A DNA stretch of 64,000 nucleotides, from positions 46,006,001 to 46,070,000 of the forward strand of contig NC_087436.1 of assembly GCF_036321535.1 (NCBI RefSeq), read 5' to 3'. This stretch comes from Camelus dromedarius. Its lineage: Eukaryota. Under the pieces are notes generated by a model. The model did no database searches. It saw only the letters and a list, made by a program, of their open reading frames with translations, and was not told the DNA's origin. Positions 53,478-64,000 of this stretch are shown one piece after another. Made by a program: the position numbers and the translations under genes. Each line of letters opens with the position of its first letter. Position 1 is the stretch's first letter.

Positions 53478-53690
53478 AGGTCTCTGGGTTCAATTCCAGG
53501 TAATACCACTTATTAGCTGTGTGCCCTTGGGCAAATTACTAACCTCTCTGTTCTTCATTTATATCATCTATCAAATGGGGTAATAACTACCTCAAATGGT
53601 TGTTGGGAGGATTAAATGAATTAACACATTTTAAAACTGTCTTAGTATGGTGTCTGAAATATAGTAAATGCTGTATAAGTATTAGCTACT
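53478..53690 (+). mobile_element. MIR
   Basis: ctgggttcaattccagg...tagctgtgtgcccttgggcaaattactaacctctctg...ttgttgggaggattaaatga. Confidence 0.8.
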
Positions 53691-56600
53691 ATCACTACTG
53701 AACTTTAAAAACATGTTTTTGTGTATATTTAATTAAAAATAATTATTTTTAACTATTCTTAATACTTATCCCTAGGGCAAGTAATTAGAGAAAAGAACCT
53801 TTCACCAACCTCAGTAACATTCTTAGTAATGCTAATTCTTTTAAAAACAAGTAGAATATTTTCTAGGACTACCAATTTTTTTTCAAGATACACCTGCTAC
53901 AACTCATAGGTAAAAATTCTACATGATTTCTTCCAGAGTCTATGAGACATTTAATAAAGTACTTTACAACCTATTTTATCATAAAATATTTATAATTAGT
54001 ATAATCATTTCTCACTTCCTTATATTTATACAGTATTTAATTCTTTCCACCTATTTTTAACCAAAAATAAAAAAATTTACTAGCAGGTGAATCTATTAGT
54101 ACTTAGTAGTATGTTTTTCTTTTCTTTAAATAAAATACATGGCAATATTTTTATCATAATGCCTGATGAAATTAAGTTATTTCCAATTCTTATACTTCAT
54201 TCCTATTTAAGTACTAAAAAAAGTCAAATAATAGCGTTTGATACACATAATGCATGTATTTACCACAAGAATACAATGCTTTTTAAGATAATCAATGCTT
54301 CACAAATAGCCTAATATTAGGTACATATTATAATGCTTTATTTCAAATTTGGTAATGAGAAATAGCATAATGACTCACTGCCTAGTTTTTATAACCTACT
54401 ATAAAAAAGAATAAATTAATTACATTAATCTTTGACATTTAATAATTTGACTGCTCTTAAGTAATTTGGCTTAGAAGATATAGGCTACAATTTATTTCTC
54501 AGTTGGGTTTATGATACCCCTTCAAACTCCAGGAACACATTTCCTTGGATTAAAACAATTTAATCAGACTTTCTGACAAAGAATAAAATTTATCTCAGTG
54601 GTCTGAAAATGAAGATTGCCTTTGCCAATTAGGTTATATGGAGATAGACATCCATAAGATAAATGACCTACATCATCATCACAGCTTGAAGTTTTTGATA
54701 AAAATGCATTAAAGGATGTGATATGATATTGGCAGTGGTATAATAAAATTAATAATATTTTGAATAATCACTATTCAGTCAAACAAGCACAGGGTTTGGA
54801 AGCAGATCTGCACCGGGTCTGGCACCCCAACTATGGAGAGTGTATGTCTTGGGGTAAAGCACCTGACCTCTCTAAACATCTCATCTATAAAAGGAAGGTG
54901 AAATGTGATGTATCTGTTCCACATGATGATCAAGTGAGATAATAAACATTACAGGTATTTAAAATTGTCAGCTGCTATATGAACGTAATAATAACTCTAC
55001 TAACTATCTGCAGCCTGGAAAATAAAATCCAACAAACAACAATAAAAATTTCTGACATGTAACTCAGAAGGTTAAAAAAATTTAAAAAACTAAACGAACA
55101 ATATTGCTTTAACAAAATCCTTCTAATACCATTCATGTCTACTTTACGTGAGCACTTATATGTAGGAAAATAAAAACTATGAAGTTTTCTAAAGTTTATC
55201 TTATTCTAATAATAAATCATATGCAACTCAGGTACACAAAGCTATGGTGGGGAGGGAGGAAGCCACTTTCTCAATGAAAGATATACTTCCAATAAAAATG
55301 TACTTTTCATTAAAAAATTCATAATATTTACATTGTTTTGACCAACTACACACTAATATTAATTATACTGACAGAATAATTCAGAAGAAAAAATGCTTAG
55401 ATACTTATGGTTATAGACGATAAAATAAATTTTAAAATTTCAATTATATATACTATTATTGTAGCAGAGAAGTATGTTAGAGTGATAAAAGAGTTTTTAG
55501 CTTAAGAATGTTTATATCATTACTACATTCAAGAAAAGGACTATGACATTAAGAAGAAGAAGGAAAAATGTAAACTTTCTAAATGTTAAAGGGCTCATTT
55601 CACTATTTTTTAAAAGGATGATAGGTTTCATTCCAGTGGATACACAGAAAAACGTAATATCTTTGTTTTAAAAGTCAACAAATGCAGTATGTTGAAACTT
55701 ACATAATTGCAAGTCAACTTTTGGTGAAAAATTTTAGATGTAAATCTAAAAAATGTTCAAGTAGTTTTAGTTTTCTCAAAAAATGTTTAGGAGATATGCA
55801 AGCAAAAATCTGAAACCTCTCCTCTAAAAACCAGTAAAAAATGCTGAAGCCTTGAGAATAATCAAGCATGGGTGCCTCTGAAGCTTTAAGAAAAAGACTA
55901 ATCTCTTAAGAATCAATATTTCAGTAGTCACATCAGACCTACAGCATACCCTACACAGCTGTACACCGCACAACTACAGAAGGCATCAGTCACACAAGCC
56001 ACAGCCTGCACAACATAGGTGGCAGCCTGAACTCACACAGATCTATCTGTGCACCCAGATCTGTCCAAAGGCAGAGACCACCGAGAAGCCAATCTCCTAC
56101 TTCAGAAAATAGAATAATAAAAGCAGTGATTCCAATGTCTCCAGTATTACCCTTCCTGTTACTTACTCAAGGAGTTTATCTTAGGTAAATCAAGAGTTTA
56201 ACAGACAACAAAAGCAATAATTCAGCCTCATTTACACAAAGAGCACCAGACAGAAAGGTTTGAGTTAAAAATCTTTTACGCTGCTACTTACTAATTTATA
56301 ATCTTGGGCAAGTTACCTAATCTTTGTGAATCTCACTTTTCCACCTCATAGAATTGGTAAGAGTATTAAGTGAGATAATAATATAAAGTATCTGGCACAT
56401 TAAGTCTTCAATAAATGATAGTTCTTTCTCTTTTCAAATCTATCTCATTAGTGAGAAAAAAAGAAACATAATTATGATTTTTTAGTGGGAAAGTGGTTTA
56501 CAAAACGATACAGTAAGATGGTAGGATGGTATTTCGAGTAAAATGGTCAAAAAGAAAAAGAAATGAGCAGGGTCAATGTAAAGGGTCAAAACAAGCAAGA

Positions 56601-57872
56601 CACGTAACATCTAGAAGGCAGTCATCAACGTAGAGGAAAGACACCGCTCATTTAGTTATGGTTCTACCTACCCTTAAGTTTCTTCCACTCATGGTAAGTA
56701 AAACTTTCCTACCAGCCCTTCACCTTTGAAGGTAAATGCCTGTAATAACTAGATCCTACTCCTAACATACCCACTGGTTTTTTGCAAATCAGTGGACACT
56801 CCTTCGTGATGTAGTTGGTTTTCTTATAAAATCAAGCAAGAAAATTTATAATGTATAATCTGGTCAAATGATAGGAAGGCCTCTGTTGACCATATGAACA
56901 CTCAACAGATCTAAGCAGTGAGATCAGCCTAAGGATTTTTGTTGCTTTTTCTGAGTCTCAGAACCTGAGAGAGTTCTTCACATTCAAGGTCAGGGGCTGT
57001 CCTTACATAGTGAGTATAATCCCTAAAATGTTACTAACGGTTGCTCTGGAAACACAAACTACAGACTCCTAAAAATAGTTCAGTTACCTCATCAATGAAA
57101 ATACAGTATGTTAACCTGAAACATCTAAGATTTGGAATTTTAGCCAGACAGAAAACAAGAATACTGCCAAAAGAAAAGGCAATGTGAGGAAACACAGTCA
57201 AAACAACACATTTTAGTCACCTGTCACTTATTTAGCACATGGAGAATATCAAACAAACAAATAAACTGTATTGTTGGTCAATGATGCAAGAATGTGGATT
57301 ACAACTTCCTTTTCACCCTTCTCATTTCCAAAACTGGGTCAAAGTCACTTTCCATTCATATTAATGACAAGCAAAAAAACCACCAAATAGAATACAGAAA
57401 TTCACTAATCAAGGAAATCTTGGGTGTTTTATCCTAAAAGAAACTATAAAACCTTAAAAAAAAAAAAAAAAGAAATGGTCCATAATAGAGGGATGGATTA
57501 GTAAATCATAAATACCTTGACACAATGAATTACTAGCCATGAAAATGATTATAAAGACTGTGAAGCTATATGAAGAACTGTGCATAATTTAATAAATGTA
57601 AAAGCAAAATACAAACCGGTATGTAAACTATGATTGCAGTTACATAAAATATGTAACAGATTTAACATAATTATGTAACACAATTATATAAAATCATAAA
57701 TAGAGACTTGAAGTTAATATATTAAAAAAAAAAGTCATGTTCTAAATTGAGGTTCTTTTTTTCATAATTTCTATAAATTATGGTTATTCAGTTTGACTTT
57801 TTAAAATCCTCTATTTGAATCAGTGTGTGTACGTATGTGCTATGCGCACAGTATAACGAACTTTTCAAATAC

Positions 57873-58046
57873 CTTTCTGCTGAGACAACTCTGGTGGCTG
57901 TGCAGCTGAGGCCGCGGGCTCAGCTGGGCGAGGTGCAGCAGGAGGCGGTCTTGTTGACGAGGCTCCTGACAAAACAGTGGATACTACTGGGCTGGACTTG
58001 GGAGGCTGAACATTTTGCATTACAGAACGGGACAAAGAATCTGCAA
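57873..58046 (-). CDS. SEC24B: SEC24B exon ~3 (174 nt, phase 1-1): VADSLSRSVMQNVQPPKSSPVV...ELSQQK
   Basis: Acceptor tttcttgtcttcag, donor AAG|gtattt; matches ORF 57865..58056. Confidence 0.93.
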
Positions 58047-58669
58047 CTGAAGACAAGAAACTATTTCATCCACAGCAATAAACCTGAAATATGTTAAAAT
58101 ACTAACAACATATAGTTTATCTGAAGTTCTTGTAGGAACTTCAGCAGCATCACATTTATCTAGCATACCTATAACTGGCAAATAAGGGGTCCAAAGAAAT
58201 GGTTTTCAAAAAAACTAAGACCTTACTCACCAAATGTTTTAATAATCTTTAATGGTAATTTTCCTAAAACATTTCATGAGCCTCCATACCTTCTTAAACA
58301 AAATGAACCCCAAACAGTTTTTCTTTACTAATGATCACTATTAATAATATTGATTATTACATGATGCAGTGGTACCTCAGATAAGATGAACAGAGGTTAT
58401 TTGCTTCTGCAGTAATGTGATTCATGAATTATACAGATGTTTCTAGTATTAGCTCAGATCCCATTCTGTATTGTAAACTGCCACTTCATTTGTTGTTTCT
58501 AATCAGATGCCCTATTTCACAGGTAACTAAGTAAGGGCCTGACAGTAACATTAGGTTGGACTTCTCGAATAAAGTATATGTGTGTCATAGTCGGCCTTTG
58601 TGAGTCAAATTGCTTGACCTACAGGATCATCTTCACCCAATCAAGAGATAACTGAAAAACTTATGGTAA

Positions 58670-58708
58670 CAACCTGTGTCCATTGACAAATGAAGTTTTA
58701 AAATGTGG

Positions 58709-58747
<39 letters not shown>

Positions 58748-59285
58748 ATGTATATATACATGTTTGTGTGTATGTGTATACATACATACATATGTTAATG
58801 GATAAAGAAAATATGGAAATAAATACACACACACAATGGAATATTATTCAGCCTTGAAAAATGAAGGAAATCTGGCCATTTGTGACAACATGAATGGACC
58901 ATGAGGTTATTATGCTGCTAAATAAGTCAGACAAAGAGAAATAGTGGATGGTCTAATTTACATATGGAATCTAAAAAGGCCAAACTTACAGAAATAGGAA
59001 ATGTTGGTTGCTAGAAGTTGCCAAATGTGAGAAATAGTGAGATACTGATCAAAGGGTACAAATGCTCAGTTCTGAGTAAGTTTTGGGCTGTACCAGTGAC
59101 TATAATTAACAATATTGTATTGTATACTTTAAAGTTGTTAAAACAGTTAAATGTTCTCACCGCATACACAAAAAAGGTAATTATGTGAGGTGATAGATGT
59201 ATTAACTACATTCTGTGGTAATTAGTTTTGTAATAATACGTGTATCAAGTCATCATTTTGTACATCCTAAACTTACACAATGTGT
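58670..59285 (+). mobile_element. L1MA-type 3'UTR fragment with embedded (TA)n(TG)n
   Basis: acaatggaatattattcagcc...ggccatttgtgacaacatgaatggacc...tgtacatcctaaacttacacaatg. Confidence 0.78.
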
Positions 59286-59516
59286 ATATATTCATATACA
59301 GACACATGTGTATACATGTATGATGTGTGTGTATATTTATTAACATACTTAGGTCTAAGATGGAAACAAACATAAGAATATAGCGACAGAAAAAACGTGA
59401 TATATTTCCCAATGGCGTACAAACGATATAAATACAGGGAATGAGGAAAGAAGGTGGAAGGTAGTTTAAATAAATATGCTGATTGCCACATCATTTTTAG
59501 GAAGGACAAACGTCAT

Positions 59517-59965
59517 TGTGGGAGACTGAAAACACAGTCACAATTTTGCAGTTCCTCTCATTAAGAAGTGGAATCTCCTTTCCCACTCCTTGAACTGGGG
59601 CTAAACTTCTGACTGGCTTTAATCAATAAAACGCGGCAGAAGGACCAGTGTTCAAGCCCAAGACCTCAGGTTGCAAGAGGCCCTGCAGCTCACACTTCTC
59701 TGCTCTTGGAATGCTGCCCTGAGACTATCTCACAGGGAAGCTGGTCCAGCCACACGGAGAAAAACCTAGGTAACCCAGTGAACTGTGTGCACAACTGCTA
59801 GGTGTGTGAGTGAAGCCCTAGGAGCTTCCAGCCCAGCTAACTCTCCAACTAAATGAAGTCACAGGAGTCCAGGAAAACCAGCAGAGGAACTGCCCAACCA
59901 ACCCACAGAACCATGAAAAATAATAAATCGTTTTTGTTTTAAACCAGAACTAGATAATTGATAAA
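59517..59965 (+). mobile_element. MaLR LTR (MLT1-like)
   Basis: tgtgg start; typical MLT1 3' end agaaccatgaaaaataataaatcgtttttgttttaaacca...tagataattgata. Confidence 0.75.
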
Positions 59966-61279
59966 ATCATTAAAACTGCTACAGTAATAGAGTGATGAGT
60001 ATATTTAACAGTACAAAGTGAAAATTAAGATGAAATCATCTAAAATTGAGTGACAGAGGAAAGGGGTGTGTAAGATAGAGTAAATATATTAATTTTACCT
60101 TTGCTCTTAATACGAAACTAAAAGACACTGTCTAAAAATATAGAGGGTATTTCTGCCTCTGGTAACAATTAGCTCGGTAAATAGAACCAAACCCTCTTAC
60201 TAAAGACAACTTTAAGAAGGGACTAGGAGAGGTTTATTTCCCCTTGGCAACTAAACAAAAAAGAATGAGGAAAAAGAGCGGTGACATCAGTCGGCAGATT
60301 TAGGACCCACCCTCTACTAGGATGATCTCAGCTGGACATCCTCAACTTGATTATATCTGCGAAAACTTTCTAAAACAGGTTGCATTCAGAGGTACTAGGT
60401 TTTAGAATTTGGACACCACTTTGTGGGGGGAGAGGACAAACAAAAAAGAGAGAAAAAAGACAACTTTAAAAATTATATTTAAAAAGTTCTTAAAATCATC
60501 AAAGATCTAACATGACATTAACAAATTTCTGGGCCAAAATCTATACGAAATTGAAAATTCAGAGAAATAAGCCCAACACTCAGAGATACTTTCACCCTGT
60601 GGACAGCTGTTGCAAACCTGATCCACTGTTTCCTGTAGCCTTGCAGGGCATGGGAAACAGAAGACATATCATCCCAGGGCAGACCCAAGATGTGGTACCC
60701 GATAAGGCACCCCATACCTCCACTTGTAGGAGAGTGTCTAAAAGGTTATAACCTCAGGATAAGAATAAACCCGGAAACTAAGCCTTAACAAAAACCAGCA
60801 GCTTTGATTCAGAACATCTGCACAGTCCAGTTCATCTAGAGTGTTGGACTTGGATAAGTGTGATCAGCAGCTGGGAGCACCTGGAGGAAACTGGCAGAAG
60901 GAAATACAAAACCTCTCTGGAGAACAATTCTATCACCCTAGGCTTCAAATTATTCCCACAAGGAATTTTTCATGAACAATTCCAAGCACAGAGTCAAAAA
61001 TAAGTAGTTCGGGCTTGAACAGGGCCCTCTGTTCTCCAGTCTCCAGCCTGATACATGGCATCATCCTGCTTCCATCCTGCCATGGCTTTAGGGTGAAGAT
61101 AAAACATCTTACCCTAAACACTTGTTAACATGGTCAAGGCCCTGAACGTTCCTAACTAGGTCTCCAGCCTCCCCCTGGCCCAGGGCTCTCCTCCAGCTTC
61201 CCTGGCCCTCCTTCAGTCCCTGAACTTCCCATACTCTCTCCGGTTAAAGTCACTTAATCCCCCTTAGATGTAACAAGAC

Positions 61280-62940
61280 TTTTTCTTTAATAAAATAATT
61301 GATACCAAAAAAGTTTATATGATACATATGCGTATGTACTTATAAAAGCATAATCAACGAAATGAAACCCAAGAACTAACCATCCAACTGTGAAAATAAA
61401 ACATTTCCAATACTGAAGCTCTCAGTGTACTCCTTACAAAGGCATTCCCTTGTCTCCCTCCTGAAATGTGTTCATTACTCCCTTGCTTTTGTTATTAAAT
61501 AGTTTTCCACACACATAAGTATCCCTAAACATTATTTTTGCTTGTTTTTAACTTTATAACAATAGCATACTGCATGTATTCTTCCATGACTGCCTATGTT
61601 ACATTTCTGGGATTCATTTATGTTAACGGGTATAGCTCTACTTCATCACTTTCACTACTTGTTCAGTATCCACTGGAATGATATAATTTATTTATCCATT
61701 CTACTATAAATGGACTGTTGGGTTCTAATTGTCTCTTTTCACATACAGTACTACAGTACTAGGTAATTACGAACGTGCTCCTGGTACAGACGTGCAAGTT
61801 TCTCTGGGGTGGGGCTCTCAGTGTGTGTGCCACAGCTCACGAGTGTGTGGGGGTGCAGCGAGGGACGCAGACGCCTCACCCTGGGGCAGCCTGTGGGAAG
61901 CGAGCTCTTTGGCCTAGGGAGCAGAGCAGCCCCTGTGGCTCAGAACCCCCCCAAATGTCACCATTTCCTGCAGGTGCTACACATCTAAAGCAGGAAATGA
62001 TGCTCCAGGGCCTCGGTATTCCAAGTGTCCTCTATGGGCTAGCAACACCCTATGCAGAAACGTGATAAAATCCTTACGCTAGTGAATCAGAACCTGCACT
62101 TTAGCAAGTTCTCAGGTGACTCACACACACAAAGTTTGAGAAGGACTTTTCTAAAGCGTACAGAAGTGGGAGAGCTGCATTTTAGGGTGTAGTTATCTTC
62201 AATTCCACTGATGCCAAACTTCCTTAAAATGCTGAACCAATAAATCCTCCTACCAACACTGTCCACAACTTTCCTGGAACTCCACATCTTTGCCATCCCT
62301 TGGTATAGTCAGTCTTTCAAAGTCTTCCAAAGTTCTATCATTCTGCCACTAGGCATAAGTAGATACTTCATTCTAGTTTTAATTTGCTTTTCCCTGATTA
62401 TTAATAAGATTGAGTATGTTTTCAGTTCATCTGTGAAATGCCTTTTCGAGTATTTTTATCTTGGGTTGTTGGTCTTTTCCTTACTGGTTTTGTGTTATTA
62501 GTGTATTCTGGATAAAATACTGCAACTACTTTTTTTCCTCCCAGTTCATGGCTTGTCTTTTTGTTTTCTTTATGTTGCCTTTCAATGAAGAAAACTTCTT
62601 AATTAGAAATTAGTCAAGTTTATCACGCTTACTCCTTATGGCTAACTAGCACTGTGTGTGGTGTCCTTAAGAAATCCTTCCCGTGCTCGCTTCGGCAGCA
62701 TGTACACTAAAATTGGAACAATACAGAGAAGATTAGCATGGCCCCTGTGCAAGGATGACACGCAAATTCATGAAGTGTTCCATACTTTGTGCCCCTCCCC
62801 AGGGTCTGCACACCCTTTAGAAGGGGAAAAAAAATCCTTCCCTTCTCCAAGGTTCTTTCATATTTTCTCCGAAAAGTTTTAAAGGTTTGCCTTTTTGCAC
62901 TTAAGTATTTATTTCACCTGTAATTTATTTTATGCATGGA
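61280..62940 (-). mobile_element. Old L1M fragment hosting a MER5-like hAT relic (~62060-62150) and the U6 insertion
   Basis: T-rich antisense L1 motifs that resume on both sides of the inserts. Confidence 0.65.
62683..62788 (+). pseudogene. Full-length U6 snRNA retropseudogene (chimeric; see findings)
   Basis: GTGCTCGCTTCGGCAGCA...ACAGAGAAGATTAGCATGGCCCC...GTTCCATACTTT. About 8 substitutions against the U6 sequence I recall, 4 of them CpG decay. Flanked by a TSD (aaatccttccc at 62672-62682 and 62832-62842). No recognisable PSE/TATA upstream. Confidence 0.95.
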
Positions 62941-64000
62941 TAATTCATCCTTCAGACTGCAGCTCACATATCTGTTATCAGGGAAAACATCCCTAAGCTC
63001 CATGACTAACAGGCCAGATATACCTAGATTACTCTCACCAAGCAGTATAAATCTCTGCTTCATGATAAATAATGAAGCAATTTTACATTCATTTGTGTTT
63101 ATTTCGATAATGTTTGCTTCCCCAAGTAAACTGCAAACTTCATGAGGATAAGAGTCAAGTCTTTCTACTTGCTATTTTATCTCCCAGCACTAAAACACCT
63201 GGCTTTCAAATATTTATCAAATTAATGGAGACAAGTTCCACAAGTATTAAGGACCACAAAAGCATGCCAGTCAAAAAACAAACAAACAAAAAAAATTCAA
63301 CAACACCAAAACTGCCCCCTTCACAAAGAGAATCCAACAGAAGAAATATGGGATATTTAGAGACAGAACCCACAATTCAAAAATAAATCACTTGTCTATT
63401 CATCCATCTATCTATCTATCTATCCATCTATCGGCATTAAGGTAGTTCCCTTGTTAGTTCTTAGTATCTCCTTAGTAACTGTACATGTAGTTCTTTTGAA
63501 ACCAGGGAGATTATGTAAAGTCTTGGCTAATAGCACCACTATCCATCCAAGTTGTTCAAGCTAGAAAATTAAAGTCAAATTTTATTATTCCTTTTCCTTC
63601 ATAAACCGTATCAATGAATCCTTAAAATCATCTTTCATCATCTGTCTTCTGTCTAAATGAATCCTAACCTATGTCATCATCCTTCATTTAGATAACTGTA
63701 GTAATTCCTTCCTAGTTGGTCTTCCTGACTCCAAGCCCTCCGGCCTATCTACCACACTGTCCACAGAAGAAAATTCTGAAACACAAATCTGATAGTCACA
63801 ATCATGCTGAAAAACTTCTGATGGCTGCTGCTTACATACAGGACCACACTGACATTTTCCCTTCATCAGTTCCTCTCCTCTCACCTTTCCAACGTCACAG
63901 CCCAGCAGAAACTGAGACACCAGGAAAAGGATAACTGATAATGGCAAGTTTTGAAGGAAGTGATCACAAAGATGGACAGCTCATCTTCTGAGCTTGAAGG

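Larger units (their letters stand above)
8445..58046 (-). other. SEC24B: SEC24B gene body, partial (exons ~3-24; 5' exons lie outside the window)
   Basis: 22 exons with GT-AG boundaries and matching phases splice to 2903 nt of open frame. The protein has a Pro/Ser-rich N-terminal region, a zinc finger (RCRSC..WKCNLC), trunk, beta-barrel, helical and gelsolin-like Sec23/Sec24 domains, and ends in SYYEFLLHVQQQICK*. Confidence 0.98.

Noticed and set aside
62683..62788. Functional U6 snRNA gene
   Set aside because: TSDs, CpG-decay substitutions, a damaged T-run terminator and no visible upstream PSE/TATA indicate a retrocopy.
1..64000. CRISPR arrays, operons, intronic snoRNA/miRNA hairpins or a novel multi-gene system
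   Set aside because: This is a single intron-rich eukaryotic gene plus repeats. I saw no repeat-spacer array or convincing C/D or H/ACA structure by eye; an Infernal/Rfam scan would be needed to exclude small RNAs.

Overview
AT-rich mammalian genomic DNA, very probably a camelid judging by five copies of a Vic-1-like tRNA-derived SINE. It carries the 3' three-quarters of SEC24B, the COPII cargo-adaptor coat subunit, on the minus strand. I traced 22 coding exons by hand from 58046 down to the TGA at 9242-9244. They match human exons 3-24 as I recall the numbering. All have GT-AG boundaries and compatible phases, and they splice to 2903 nt of uninterrupted frame. A ~790-nt 3'UTR follows and ends at an ATTAAA / GU-rich poly(A) site. 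Exons 1-2 lie beyond the right edge. The rest is introns and intergenic DNA with L1, L2, MIR, SINE, ERVL/MaLR and DNA-transposon relics, microsatellites and one U6 retrocopy. I see no novel multi-gene system. The best leads are: (1) a candidate in-frame 75-nt cassette exon upstream of exon 4; (2) a U6 retrocopy fused to an unidentified 38-nt sequence; (3) an apparent burst of AT-to-GC amino-acid changes in exon 3, suggesting GC-biased gene conversion. Repeat subfamily names and human comparisons come from memory, not from a search.
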